Below the pieces are notes generated by a model that ran no database searches, was not told the origin of the DNA, and saw only the letters and a list, made by a program, of their open reading frames with translations. From the IMG/VR virus record IMGVR_UViG_3300032219_002227, positions 1 to 64,000 of that record: DNA of 64,000 nt. One strand, written 5' to 3'. Made by a program: the position numbers and the translations under genes. This document shows, piece by piece, positions 9,809 through 20,451 of this stretch (within the stretch, counting starts at the first letter, position 1; each line of letters starts with the position of its first letter). The DNA is from a virus (lineage: Duplodnaviria > Caudoviricetes).

Positions 9809-10441
9809 ATGGAATTATTAAAAAAATCAAACGGCAATTTGCCTCGTACAGAAGAGGAAATAGAATACATGATATTAAAAGCATCTGAAGCGTATGCTGA
9901 TTTCCTCAACGCAGTAGGCTTTGATTATAAAGCAGATAGACAAACAGTAGATACACCACGTCGTGTAGCTAAAGCATGGCTTAAAGACCTAATTGTAGGG
10001 TCAATTACAGATGAACCAAATATCACCGTATTTCCTAATGATGAAGGATACGATGGATTAGTAATCCAATCAGGCATTCCTATTGTTAGTATGTGTGCAC
10101 ATCATAATTTAGCATTTACTGGGTTTGCAACTGTAGCATATGTTCCTGCTGAAAACGTTATTGGTTTATCTAAACTAAATCGTATTGTTGAATGGTTCTC
10201 TCGTAGACCACAAATGCAAGAATCATTAACAACACAAATTCACGATTATGTTGCTGATAAAATGCAATGTAATTCAGTAGCAGTTAGTATTGCTTGTAAG
10301 CATACCTGTTGCTCACATAGAGGTATTAAGCACGGTTCTGTAATGACTACAAATAAATTTAGTGGTGTATTTATGGAAAAGGATAATCTAATTCGTGAAG
10401 AATTCCTTCACGCAATTGAAGTAAACGGTACTAAATTCTAA
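9809..10441 (+). CDS. folE: GTP cyclohydrolase I
   Basis: DTPRRVAK, SMCAHH, GLSKLNRIV, RRPQMQE, HTCCSHRG. Confidence 0.95.
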   Translation: MELLKKSNGNLPRTEEEIEYMILKASEAYADFLNAVGFDYKADRQTVDTPRRVAKAWLKDLIVGSITDEPNITVFPNDEGYDGLVIQSGIPIVSMCAHHNLAFTGFATVAYVPAENVIGLSKLNRIVEWFSRRPQMQESLTTQIHDYVADKMQCNSVAVSIACKHTCCSHRGIKHGSVMTTNKFSGVFMEKDNLIREEFLHAIEVNGTKF

Positions 10442-10443
10442 TA

Positions 10444-10857
10444 ATGGAAAAAATATACTTAAGCTGGGATGAGATTGAAAATGCTGTTGAAAATTTAGCT
10501 TGCCAAATTAAAAACAGTGATAAGAAGATAGGTTCAATAAATGGTCTTGCACGCGGTGGTCTTATCCCAGCAGTAATCTTATCCCATAAATTGGGAATAC
10601 CATTTATGAATGAAGATAATGATAGTGAAGGATATGTTTTAGTTGTAGATGATATATGTGATACTGGAGAAACATTAAAATTTTATAGTAACTATGAATA
10701 TATCTTAACAGCAACTATTCATCATAAACAAACAGCAATGATTGAACCTGATTTTTATTATGACTTAGTACCTGAAGATGAATGGATAGTATACCCCTGG
10801 GAACAAAAAGATTCAAAAACAATTCAAGATTATAAAGATGCAACTAAAGGAGAGTAA
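10444..10857 (+). CDS. Purine phosphoribosyltransferase (Gpt-like, type I)
   Basis: ARGGLIPA, VLVVDDICDTGETL, WIVYPWE. Confidence 0.9.
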   Translation: MEKIYLSWDEIENAVENLACQIKNSDKKIGSINGLARGGLIPAVILSHKLGIPFMNEDNDSEGYVLVVDDICDTGETLKFYSNYEYILTATIHHKQTAMIEPDFYYDLVPEDEWIVYPWEQKDSKTIQDYKDATKGE

Positions 10858-10999
10858 AACAAATTGGCATTTTAGAATTAGTCTACTTAAATCCGGTCTT
10901 AGAATATTAGCTGGTTTAGCTCTAATACTATCAGATATAACATTATCTGGTATTTTATTTGTAGGAGCCGAATTATTTGGAATTGTAGAAGAACTTTAA
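10838..10999 (+). CDS. 53-aa membrane protein (not in ORF track)
   Basis: MQLKESKTNWHFRISLLKSGLRILAGLALILSDITLSGILFVGAELFGIVEEL fills the gap. Confidence 0.7.
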   Translation: MQLKESKTNWHFRISLLKSGLRILAGLALILSDITLSGILFVGAELFGIVEEL

Positions 11000-11000
11000 T

Positions 11001-11699
11001 ATGAAAGTATTTATTCCTCTTATATGTTATAACCATACCTGTAATACAGAATGGATGATGTCTATTCTTAAATTTACTATTTCAGCTAGAGAAACAGGAC
11101 TAAATTGTACATTTTATCCTATATTCTTTGAAAGCTTAGTATCACGAGCTAGAAATGCAGCTGTTGCTCATTTTCTTGCTGATAAAGAAAGTACCCATCT
11201 ATTGTTTATTGATTCAGATATCATATTTGAACCAGAAGATGTATATAGACTACTTCAAGCAGATAAAGACGTTATAGCAGGAATGTATCCTAAAAAATAT
11301 ATTGTATGGGATAGATTAAAGAAAAATTCTAACGCTGAACGAGTTGATTTTCCTATTGGAAATAAAACCAGAGTAACAGATGATAATTATATTGAATCTA
11401 ATTACTTACCAACAGGTTTCTTAATGACTAAACGTGAAGCTATCCAAAAACTAATAAATACCCATCCAGAATTAAAATATAAAAACGATATAGATGGATA
11501 TATGAGTGCTGGAGATAATTTCTATAATTTATTTCAAGTAGGTATTAGAAACGGAATATATGAAAGTGAAGATTGGGGTTTCTGTTCATTATGGAAAGAA
11601 ACAGGTGGTCAAGTATTAATTCATCCTGATATTAATTTAAAGCATGTGGGGTGGCACAATTATGAAGGTAATTTAATAAATTATTTATTTAAAAAATAA
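11001..11699 (+). CDS. GT-A fold glycosyltransferase
   Basis: SLVSRARN, LFIDSDI (DxD), TGFLM, SEDWGFC, HVG. Confidence 0.8.
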   Translation: MKVFIPLICYNHTCNTEWMMSILKFTISARETGLNCTFYPIFFESLVSRARNAAVAHFLADKESTHLLFIDSDIIFEPEDVYRLLQADKDVIAGMYPKKYIVWDRLKKNSNAERVDFPIGNKTRVTDDNYIESNYLPTGFLMTKREAIQKLINTHPELKYKNDIDGYMSAGDNFYNLFQVGIRNGIYESEDWGFCSLWKETGGQVLIHPDINLKHVGWHNYEGNLINYLFKK

Positions 11700-11702
11700 A
11701 AT

Positions 11703-12239
11703 ATGTTAAACGCACAACAAATTATAGACGAAGGATTACTCAAATTAGAGTACACTAAAGGTAAACCAGCACAGGTTGGTTATGATTTATCACTCAAAGC
11801 AGTACAGAAAGTAGGTACTAGTATGTCTAATAATCCTTACAATGTATCTAAAGATGGTAAAATAGGTAAAATACTTAAAGATAAAACTGAATTAACTATT
11901 TATATTCCTATTGAAACTATCAATTTAGATGGTGTAGAAGGATGGTTATTATATAAAGGTGTATATGATATTACATTTAATGAAGGATGTAAACTCCCAG
12001 ATAATAGAGTAGCATTTATTAAACAGCGCTCATCTCTTTATAGAAACGGAGCTATAATTAATAGTCCTGTATTCGATCCTGGATTTGAAACAGATAATAT
12101 GGGTACTTTACTTTATGTTCATGAAACAATATTCATTGAAAAAGATGCTCGTGTAGCACAAATTTATTTTCATGAATGTAATGGAGCTGAATTATATAAT
12201 GGACAGTGGCAAAACGATAAACAAAGAAATTCACTATAA
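11703..12239 (+). CDS. dCTP deaminase / dUTPase-family protein
   Basis: GYDLSL, QRSSLYRNG, FDPGF, ARVAQIYF. Confidence 0.85.
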   Translation: MLNAQQIIDEGLLKLEYTKGKPAQVGYDLSLKAVQKVGTSMSNNPYNVSKDGKIGKILKDKTELTIYIPIETINLDGVEGWLLYKGVYDITFNEGCKLPDNRVAFIKQRSSLYRNGAIINSPVFDPGFETDNMGTLLYVHETIFIEKDARVAQIYFHECNGAELYNGQWQNDKQRNSL

Positions 12240-12293
12240 TAACTAAACCAATCCCAGAACATGTATATTTATATGTAGTAAACATATATTTCA

Positions 12294-14498
12294 ATGGGAT
12301 TAATACTGCGTACTACTGCCACTCCTAATGCAGGGACTACAACTTCTGTTAAAGGTTCACCACTTACATTCGCTGAAGGAGATGGTAACTTTGCCTATCT
12401 ACTGACTAATATGTCAGGTAGTAATATATCCATTTCTGGTTCTACTACAATAGCAGGATCATTAACTTTTGCTAATATATCATCTGGTGTTACTGAGAAT
12501 AGAGTTGTAGTTGTTGATACTAATGGTCTCTTTAAATATAGAACTGATGTAAGTTTACAAGGTGCAACAGGAGCTCAAGGTGCTACTGGAGCAGGAACTC
12601 AAGGAGCAACAGGCGCTCAAGGTACAACAGGTGCAGGTACGCAAGGTGCAACTGGAGCCCAAGGTGCTGCTGGAACTGGTACTCAAGGTGCTACTGGTGC
12701 TCAAGGAGCAGCAGGAGCTGGTACTCAAGGCGCTACTGGTGCAAACGGAGCTCAAGGAGCAACAGGAGCTCAAGGCACAACAGGTGCCGGAACTCAAGGA
12801 GCAACAGGTGCTCAAGGCGCTACTGGCACGGGAACCCAAGGCGCAACTGGGGCACAAGGCACAACAGGTGCCGGAACTCAAGGAGCAACAGGTGCAAACG
12901 GCGCTCAAGGAGCCACTGGTACTCAAGGCGCTACTGGCGCCGGTACTCAAGGTACTACTGGTGCACAAGGAGCAGCAGGTACAAACGGAGCTCAAGGTAC
13001 TACTGGTGCTCAAGGCGCTACTGGCGCCGGTACTCAAGGTACTACTGGTGCACAAGGAGCAGCAGGTACAAACGGAGCTCAAGGTACTACTGGTGCTCAA
13101 GGTGCAACAGGTGCTGGAACTCAAGGCGCAACCGGCGCTCAAGGTGCTACTGGTACGCAAGGTGCAACTGGTGCAACAGGTACAGGAACTCAAGGCGCAA
13201 CAGGCGCTCAAGGTGCAACTGGTGCACAAGGTGCAACTGGTGCACAAGGTGCAACAGGAACTCAAGGTGCTACTGGTGCTCAAGGTACTGCTGGAACAAA
13301 CGGAGCTCAAGGTGCTACTGGCGCTCAAGGCACTGCTGGAACAACGGGCGCTCAAGGCGCAACAGGCACAACAGGTGCCCAAGGTACAACTGGTACAACA
13401 GGTACTCAAGGCACAACTGGTACTACCGGAGCTCAAGGCACAACAGGCACAACCGGAGCTCAAGGCACAACTGGTGCTACCGGAGCTCAAGGTACAACTG
13501 GTACAACAGGTACTCAAGGCACAACTGGTACTACCGGAGCTCAAGGTACAACTGGAACAACTGGAACTCAAGGTGCTCAAGGCGCTAATGGTGCTCAAGG
13601 CACTGCTGGAACAAATGGAACTCAAGGTGCTCAAGGCGCTCAAGGTACAACAGGTGCAACAGGTACAGGTACTCAAGGCGCTCAAGGAGCTCAAGGTACA
13701 ACAGGTGCAACAGGTACAGGTACTCAAGGCGCTCAAGGCGCTCAAGGTACAACAGGTGCAACAGGTACAGGTACTCAAGGCGCTCAAGGCGCTCAAGGCG
13801 CTCAAGGTGCAACAGGTGCTGGTGGATCTGCTGGTACATCTTTTACCTGGTTAGGAGCTTGGTCATCAGGACCTACTTATACTCCTAATCAAGTTGTTGA
13901 ATATCAAGGTAGCTCTTGGATTTCTATCTTAGCTAATTCTTCTACACCACCTCCTGGTCAACCTACATATTGGTCATTAATGGCAAGTCAAGGAACTCAA
14001 GGCGCAACAGGTACAGGTACTCAAGGTGCTCAAGGAACTACTGGTACAACTGGAGCAAATGCTGGTATAACATCATATACTAATCCTGGTAATAATAGAG
14101 TTCTAACTTCAGTAGATGCAAATACTATCAATGCTGAAGCTAATCTTACATTTGATAGTGGTACTAATATATTAAATGTAAATGGAAGTATTACAGCTAC
14201 CGGAGATATAACAGCATATTTTACTTCAGATATAAGACATAAAAATAATATCCAACCTATTGAAAATGCATTAGATAAAGTTAAAAAAATAAGTGGTGTT
14301 ATATGGGAATGGAATCAAGAAACAACTGATGAAGTAACAAAAACACTTCCTAATACAGGTCTTATAGCACAAGAAGTACAAGAAATATTACCAGAAGTAG
14401 TTATTGAAAGACAAGATGGGTATCTAGCTATAGATTATTCTAAAATGTTAGGTTTAATAGTTGAAGCTATAAAAGAATTAGATAAAAAGATTTCCTAA
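12294..14498 (+). CDS. Collagen-like fibre protein with C-terminal intramolecular chaperone (peptidase S74-like)
   Basis: Long G-X-Y tract ([12 protein letters not shown]); [10 protein letters not shown]...GLIAQEVQ...AIDYSKM...VEAIKEL. Confidence 0.88.
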   Translation: MGLILRTTATPNAGTTTSVKGSPLTFAEGDGNFAYLLTNMSGSNISISGSTTIAGSLTFANISSGVTENRVVVVDTNGLFKYRTDVSLQGATGAQGATGAGTQGATGAQGTTGAGTQGATGAQGAAGTGTQGATGAQGAAGAGTQGATGANGAQGATGAQGTTGAGTQGATGAQGATGTGTQGATGAQGTTGAGTQGATGANGAQGATGTQGATGAGTQGTTGAQGAAGTNGAQGTTGAQGATGAGTQGTTGAQGAAGTNGAQGTTGAQGATGAGTQGATGAQGATGTQGATGATGTGTQGATGAQGATGAQGATGAQGATGTQGATGAQGTAGTNGAQGATGAQGTAGTTGAQGATGTTGAQGTTGTTGTQGTTGTTGAQGTTGTTGAQGTTGATGAQGTTGTTGTQGTTGTTGAQGTTGTTGTQGAQGANGAQGTAGTNGTQGAQGAQGTTGATGTGTQGAQGAQGTTGATGTGTQGAQGAQGTTGATGTGTQGAQGAQGAQGATGAGGSAGTSFTWLGAWSSGPTYTPNQVVEYQGSSWISILANSSTPPPGQPTYWSLMASQGTQGATGTGTQGAQGTTGTTGANAGITSYTNPGNNRVLTSVDANTINAEANLTFDSGTNILNVNGSITATGDITAYFTSDIRHKNNIQPIENALDKVKKISGVIWEWNQETTDEVTKTLPNTGLIAQEVQEILPEVVIERQDGYLAIDYSKMLGLIVEAIKELDKKIS
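12556..13820 (+). repeat. Collagen-coding tandem repeats
   Basis: Exact 87-bp duplication (units start at 12922 and 13009); about three 51-bp units near 13637-13790. Confidence 0.9.
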
Positions 14499-14500
14499 AT

Positions 14501-14523
14501 CAAAATAAAGGTATTATATTTAA
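14501..14523 (+). promoter_or_regulatory. Putative host-sigma-type promoter (CAAAA...TATATTTA)
   Basis: Same CAAAA-to-TATATTTA spacing as the copies near 16757 and 59661. Confidence 0.55.
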
Positions 14524-14526
14524 AAA

Positions 14527-16188
14527 ATGGTTATAAATAATTTAACAAAACATATTATAAATAGTGGGGGAAGTATTATTCCCCTACTTATTCCTTCTAA
14601 CAATACTAATGGTACCGGATTAATGAACCCCTCTATATATGTAGATGATAATAAATTAATCTTAAATCTTCGTCATGTAAATTATACTTTATACCATTGT
14701 GAAGGAGAACAATTATTTAATAATAGATTTGGCCCTTTAGTCTATTTAAACCCAGAAAATGATGTTAAACTAAGAACAACAAACTGGTATTGTATATTAG
14801 ACAGTAATTTAAATATTAATTCCTATTTTAAAATTAATACTTCTAAACTAGATATAGAACCAGTTTGGGAATTTATAGGATTAGAAGATGGAAGATTAGT
14901 AAGATGGGATGGGAAATTATATCTATGTGGAGTAAGAAGAGATGTAAAAACTAATGGAGAAGGAAGAATGGAATTATCTGAATTAGAAATACATAAAAAT
15001 ACAGTTAAAGAAGCAAAAAGACATAGAATAGAACCACCAAACAATCCTAATTCATATTGTGAAAAAAACTGGATGCCTGTTATAGACATGCCTTTTCATT
15101 TTATAAAATGGTCAAATCCAACAGAATTAGTAAAAGTAAATATAGAAGATAACACATCCGAAACAATAATATTAAAAGATGGAGTAGGTCCTCATTTAAA
15201 TTTAAGAGGCGGATCTCAGATCATCCCTTATGGTGATTATAGAATTTGTATTATTCATGAAGTAGATTTATGGAAAAATAAACTACAACAAAAAGACGCT
15301 AAATACACTCATCGATTAATAATGTGGGATAAAGAATGGAATATAAAACATATTTCAGACTCTTTTAGTTTTATGGATGGTGAAATTGAATTCTGTTGTG
15401 GCTTAGCTGAATATCAAGGTGATTTGCTTATTACTTTTGGATTTCAAGACAATGCTGCTTACATATTAAAAATTCAAAAAGAAAAATTTATTAATATGTT
15501 AAGTTTTAATTGGGGTAATTTAGATAGTAATAACATTAGTATAATTAATGATGAAATATTTAATAAAAACATATATGAAAAACATGTGAAAGTTAAAGAA
15601 GGAGATGTAGTATTAGATGTTGGTAGTAATGTTGGTGCTTTTACCGTTTCTATTCTAAATAAAAATCCATTAAAAGTATACTGTGTAGAACCTTCAAACA
15701 CACTAATGGATGTTATAAAACAAAACACACAAAATAAATGTGTCTATATTAATAAAGCTATTAGTGATAAAACATCAATAGAAACTATACAAGAAGGAAT
15801 ACATATCTATTGTAATGAAGGTGATAAATATGAAACAATTACTTTTAAACAATTAATAGAAGAAAATCAAATAGATAAGATTGATTTTCTAAAAATAGAT
15901 TGTGAAGGAGGTGAATATGATATTTTTACTGAGGAAAATAAAGAATGGATATTAAATAATGTAAAACATATTGCTGGAGAATTACATTTATGGGGTACTA
16001 TTGATAGTGTTAATAGATTTAAAATATTTAGAGACACTTACTTAACAAACCATAAAAACTACTATATTTTAAATGCGCATACTGAAGAAAATATAACAGA
16101 TAAAATATTCAACAATGAATTTATCCAAAATTATTCAGATACAAACACACACAGCGCTCAATTTTTATTTTATATGACAAATAATTAA
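14527..16188 (+). CDS. Fusion of a beta-propeller glycosidase/phosphorylase-like domain and an FkbM methyltransferase
   Basis: N-terminal MNPSI, GLEDGRL, CEKNWMP, LRGGS, IEFCCGL; C-terminal VLDVGSNVG, VEP, FLKIDCEGGEY. Confidence 0.75.
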   Translation: MVINNLTKHIINSGGSIIPLLIPSNNTNGTGLMNPSIYVDDNKLILNLRHVNYTLYHCEGEQLFNNRFGPLVYLNPENDVKLRTTNWYCILDSNLNINSYFKINTSKLDIEPVWEFIGLEDGRLVRWDGKLYLCGVRRDVKTNGEGRMELSELEIHKNTVKEAKRHRIEPPNNPNSYCEKNWMPVIDMPFHFIKWSNPTELVKVNIEDNTSETIILKDGVGPHLNLRGGSQIIPYGDYRICIIHEVDLWKNKLQQKDAKYTHRLIMWDKEWNIKHISDSFSFMDGEIEFCCGLAEYQGDLLITFGFQDNAAYILKIQKEKFINMLSFNWGNLDSNNISIINDEIFNKNIYEKHVKVKEGDVVLDVGSNVGAFTVSILNKNPLKVYCVEPSNTLMDVIKQNTQNKCVYINKAISDKTSIETIQEGIHIYCNEGDKYETITFKQLIEENQIDKIDFLKIDCEGGEYDIFTEENKEWILNNVKHIAGELHLWGTIDSVNRFKIFRDTYLTNHKNYYILNAHTEENITDKIFNNEFIQNYSDTNTHSAQFLFYMTNN

Positions 16189-16189
16189 A

Positions 16190-16744
16190 ATGGAAATAAT
16201 AGATTTATTAAAAATATACATTCAAGATCCAAAAGACAGTAATATTAATTTTGAACTTGGTCGTAAATATGAAGATATAGGACAAACAGCTGCTGCTGCT
16301 GGTTATTATCTTAGAAGTGTTGAATTTGGATATGATAATAATAAGATTTATGAAGCATTATTAAGAATAGCTTTATGTTTTGAAAAACAAGGTAATAGAG
16401 TATTTACATTAAAAGGTATATTATTACGAGCTATCTCATTACTTCCAAAACGTCCAGAAGCATATTTTCTACTCAGTAGAGTGTATGAGCGAAATAAAGA
16501 CTGGCAGGAAAGTTATACAATATCTGTTATAGGACATACACTAGCAACAGATGAACCTAATACTATTACAGATGTAGAGTATCCAAACAAATGGGTATTT
16601 TTATTTGAACAAGCAGTAGCAGGATGGTGGATTGGTTTACATGATGAATCAATACGCTTATTTAAAACACTATTTATGGATTATAAACTCACACCGTTAT
16701 ATAGAACAGCAGTAATGAATAATCTTAATAATCTAGATAATTAA
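16190..16744 (+). CDS. TPR-repeat protein
   Basis: FELGRKYE...AAGYY, AISLLPKRPEAYFLLSR. Confidence 0.75.
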   Translation: MEIIDLLKIYIQDPKDSNINFELGRKYEDIGQTAAAAGYYLRSVEFGYDNNKIYEALLRIALCFEKQGNRVFTLKGILLRAISLLPKRPEAYFLLSRVYERNKDWQESYTISVIGHTLATDEPNTITDVEYPNKWVFLFEQAVAGWWIGLHDESIRLFKTLFMDYKLTPLYRTAVMNNLNNLDN

Positions 16745-16746
16745 CA

Positions 16747-16778
16747 TTTGGTCGGTCAAAATTTAAAGGTTATATTTA
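16747..16778 (+). promoter_or_regulatory. Bacteroidota sigma-type promoter TTTG-N20-TATATTTA
   Basis: TTTGG at 16747 and TATATTTA at 16771, matching the -33/-7 architecture; similar copies at 21089, 43113, 59652, 61213. Confidence 0.7.
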
Positions 16779-16784
16779 ATAGTT

Positions 16785-19361
16785 ATGTATCAAGCAATCT
16801 ACTACGACGGGAAACCGAACTACAAATTTCATTTACGCGACGATAAAAAAGGATGGAGTGAATTTACTTACACTATTCCTCGTTATCAAATAGACAGCAA
16901 TGGTACTGTTCCTACTCTAGATGGTAAACTAGCAAAAACAGTTACTAAATACGAGTGGAATGATAACCATTTGTACGAATCAGATATTGATCGTCTAACA
17001 GCAGTATTAATTGATAAATACAAAGATAGTGATGATACTCCTGAATGGCAAAATATAATCTACTTTGATATTGAGTGTGAAATTGGTGGGGCATTAACAG
17101 CCGAATATATTAAATCAGCACCAATGAAAATTACTTCAATTTCATTGTATGATGCTACATCTAAAGTATATTATTGTCTTATTCTAGATGAGAAAAAACA
17201 ACTACAAACTATAAAGGAAGAAAATAGACAAGTAGTACCTTGTAGTAGTGAAGAGGAATTACTATCACTATTTCTTGAATTATGGGAATCTGTTGATCCA
17301 ACTATTATCACAGGATGGAATAGTGGTTTCTTTGATGTGCCTTATCTTTATTATAGATTATGTAATGTATTAGGTAAAGACGAGGCTGCTCGTTTATCTC
17401 CACTTCGTAAATTTAAGTTTACTGAATGGGATACAGCTCAACCGATTGAAATAGGAGGTATTAATCATCTTGATTATTTACTATTATATAAAAAATATAA
17501 TCCTAAAAATGAACCATCTTATAAACTAAATGATATAGGAACTAAGTATGTTAATTTAGGTAAGGTAGAATATGAAGGTAATTTGGATAGACTATTTAGA
17601 GAAGATCCAAATAAATTTATTGAATATAATCTTCGCGACGTTGAAATTATTATTGAATTAGAAAAGAAATTCAAATTCATTGAATTAACAGTTGCTATTT
17701 GTCATCTATGTCATGTGCCTTATGAACAAATATATTTAGCAACTATGTTAAACGATGGTGCTATTTTAACTTATCTAAAACGAAAAGGAATAGTATCATC
17801 AAATAAACCAACCACTACTAATCCAGTACTTAAAGAAGTACATGAAGAATATGCTGGTGGTTATCTTAAAGATCCGGTTCCTGGATTATATGAGTGGGTT
17901 ATTGATTTGGATTTTACTTCACTATATCCCTCAATTATTAGATCACTTAATATTGGTATTGAAACATTTGTAGGTCGTATTGTAAATAGAGATAAATACG
18001 ATAATAATTGGTCTCTATATGATCTAAAACAAATGAATCCTAATGAAGTAATTACAATTGAAAAATTAACTGAAAAACGTACTACTCAACAGGCGCAAGT
18101 AAAAGTAGGAACATTAATTGCTATAATTGAAGAAAATAATTGGACTATATCTGCTTCTGGAGCTATGTTTAGAACAGACAAAGCATCTGTAGTATGTGAA
18201 GTATTAACTGATTGGTTTAATAAACGGGTTGAGTATAAAAATCTGATGAAAAAAGCATATAAATCAGGTGATGCTGCTAAAGGTGAGTTTTATAATCGTA
18301 GACAACACGCTTATAAGATTAAATTAAATGACGTTTATGGTTGTTATGCTGTAAATGGTTGGCGTTATACTGACGGCCATAAAATGATATCTAAGGCAAT
18401 TACATTAACTGGTCAACGTGTAACTCAAGAATCAATTAAATTTGTTAATGAATGGATGAATAAACAACTAGATACTAAAGATAAAGATTACGTTGTAACA
18501 TCAGATACTGATTCATTATTTATCCAATGTAAAGATCTAGTATTACAACGCTACCCAGAAACTAAAACTAAAGATGAATACATTAAAGCAGTATTAGAAA
18601 TTGCTACTGAGATACAAAAAGCAGCAAACGATAATATTGACAGTGCGGTTAGAGAATATCTTAATGTAGGTAAACATGATCACTACTTTGAATTAAAACA
18701 AGAGGTAATTATTGAAAGAGGATACTTTGCAGGTAAACGTCGTTATGCAATGTACATTGTAAATAAAGAAGGTGTTACTGTTGATGAATTAGATATGAAA
18801 GGATTAGATTTGATGAAATCAAATATGACTCCAATGTACTCTAAATTTGGAGAGAAATTAATCCAAGACATCATGTTTGGTAAACCCAAACCCGAAATTG
18901 ACCAGCAAATAATTGACTTCAAAAAGTATGTTAAAACAATGCCTATTGAAGAGGTAGCTAAACCAACAGGAGTAAAAAACGTAGAATCATATATTGAACG
19001 TACTCCTAAAGCAGGTGAAATATTTAGCTCATTAAAATTAAAATGTCCTATTAATGCTAAAGCAGCAATCTATTATAATGACTTACTTAAATTTAAAAAA
19101 GCCCATAAACAATTTCCATTATTTACTGCGGGTGATAAAATGAAATACATTCAACTTAAAACAAATCCATATAACATTGATGTAATAGGATTTACAGGTA
19201 ATGATCCTGACTTTATTGTTAAGTTAATTGATGAATTTGCTGATAGAGAAGAGGGATTCGAATCAGCATTGTTAAATAAACTAAAAGGTATTTATGAGGA
19301 TTTAGGATGGAATTTCCCCTCATTAAATGATAAGGTAAATAAATTTTTTAAATTCATATAA
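16785..19361 (+). CDS. Family B DNA polymerase
   Basis: FDIECE exo I, GWNSGFFDVPY, DFTSLYPS, KIKLNDVYG, SDTDS, KRRY. Confidence 0.97.
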   Translation: MYQAIYYDGKPNYKFHLRDDKKGWSEFTYTIPRYQIDSNGTVPTLDGKLAKTVTKYEWNDNHLYESDIDRLTAVLIDKYKDSDDTPEWQNIIYFDIECEIGGALTAEYIKSAPMKITSISLYDATSKVYYCLILDEKKQLQTIKEENRQVVPCSSEEELLSLFLELWESVDPTIITGWNSGFFDVPYLYYRLCNVLGKDEAARLSPLRKFKFTEWDTAQPIEIGGINHLDYLLLYKKYNPKNEPSYKLNDIGTKYVNLGKVEYEGNLDRLFREDPNKFIEYNLRDVEIIIELEKKFKFIELTVAICHLCHVPYEQIYLATMLNDGAILTYLKRKGIVSSNKPTTTNPVLKEVHEEYAGGYLKDPVPGLYEWVIDLDFTSLYPSIIRSLNIGIETFVGRIVNRDKYDNNWSLYDLKQMNPNEVITIEKLTEKRTTQQAQVKVGTLIAIIEENNWTISASGAMFRTDKASVVCEVLTDWFNKRVEYKNLMKKAYKSGDAAKGEFYNRRQHAYKIKLNDVYGCYAVNGWRYTDGHKMISKAITLTGQRVTQESIKFVNEWMNKQLDTKDKDYVVTSDTDSLFIQCKDLVLQRYPETKTKDEYIKAVLEIATEIQKAANDNIDSAVREYLNVGKHDHYFELKQEVIIERGYFAGKRRYAMYIVNKEGVTVDELDMKGLDLMKSNMTPMYSKFGEKLIQDIMFGKPKPEIDQQIIDFKKYVKTMPIEEVAKPTGVKNVESYIERTPKAGEIFSSLKLKCPINAKAAIYYNDLLKFKKAHKQFPLFTAGDKMKYIQLKTNPYNIDVIGFTGNDPDFIVKLIDEFADREEGFESALLNKLKGIYEDLGWNFPSLNDKVNKFFKFI

Positions 19362-19699
19362 TGAATATATTTAAAGGTTTTATATTTGGTTTAATAGCTC
19401 AAATACTTACATTTATTCAATTACAAGGACAAATGAAGTATGATTTTTTAAAAAATAATTTGTGGTTTACAGCATTCCTAGGAGTACCAATCTCACTACT
19501 ATTTATGTTTTCAGTTCGTAGCCTAGTAACAGCATATAATGGTGAAATGTGGCCATCACGTTTAATAGGATTTGGAATTGGAGTAATAGTATTTGCTCTC
19601 ATGTCTCATTATATGTTTAAAGAACCTATAACTCCTAAAACACTTACTTGTTTAGGCTTAGCTTCTATCATACTTTTAATACAACTTATTTGGAAATAA
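19361..19699 (+). CDS. 4-TM membrane protein (DMT/SMR-like)
   Basis: Four hydrophobic helices, FKEPIT loop. Confidence 0.6.
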   Translation: MNIFKGFIFGLIAQILTFIQLQGQMKYDFLKNNLWFTAFLGVPISLLFMFSVRSLVTAYNGEMWPSRLIGFGIGVIVFALMSHYMFKEPITPKTLTCLGLASIILLIQLIWK

Positions 19700-19700
19700 T

Positions 19701-20432
19701 ATGGAAAAACAACTATTAACATCAGTGATCGAAAAGTATTACTTAGGTGGAATACACGAGAAGGTAAAATGGACAATTAAAGACAAGAAAATAACAATCC
19801 TATTTACATCTACAACTAAAGATCTAGCAGGATCGATCGAAGCAGATGGATTTGATTTGGATGATTGCGTTATAGGAGTATACGATACAAATAAATTACT
19901 CAAATTAATTAATATTACTAATCAATTTGTTCAATTAGGTGTTGAAACTAAAAATGGAACAGCAACTAAACTATCAATTGCTGATAATGAGTATGATTTA
20001 GTTTATCATCTTGCTGATTTAAGAATGATGTCTACCGAAACAATGGTACTAGATGAATCACAAATTGATTTTAATTATTCATTCACTATCGATTCTGACT
20101 TTATAGAACGATACAATAAGGCTAAAAAAGCATTAGGTAGTGATGAGGTAAGAATACAAGCATTATTTAATGAAGAAGGTGATAAAGGCATCTACTTCAC
20201 ATTAGGTGGTAAAACATCACATGATGATAAAATTAGCTTTCAATCTACCGATTCTGTATTTAGTGTTCCATCTAGTGAATATCAATTCAATGCTAATTAT
20301 TTACTAGAAATATTTACAGAAAATAAAGGAGCAGATGGAACAGGTAAATTTGATGAGAATGGAATATTAAAGTTAGAGTTTATAGATGAGAGAAATATTA
20401 AAAGCTTATATTATCTCCCACCTAAGAACTAA
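19701..20432 (+). CDS. Putative DNA sliding clamp
   Basis: 243 aa, acidic, beta-rich; near PolB and clamp loader. Confidence 0.6.
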   Translation: MEKQLLTSVIEKYYLGGIHEKVKWTIKDKKITILFTSTTKDLAGSIEADGFDLDDCVIGVYDTNKLLKLINITNQFVQLGVETKNGTATKLSIADNEYDLVYHLADLRMMSTETMVLDESQIDFNYSFTIDSDFIERYNKAKKALGSDEVRIQALFNEEGDKGIYFTLGGKTSHDDKISFQSTDSVFSVPSSEYQFNANYLLEIFTENKGADGTGKFDENGILKLEFIDERNIKSLYYLPPKN

Positions 20433-20451
20433 TCCGTATATATTTATTACC

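Noticed and set aside
12555-13854. Long alternative-frame and antisense ORFs (416, 430 and 84 aa)
   Set aside because: By-products of the stop-poor collagen repeat; no independent start context
960-19361. Inteins or introns in helicase, RNR or PolB
   Set aside because: Lengths are normal, motifs are contiguous and no splice-junction motifs are visible
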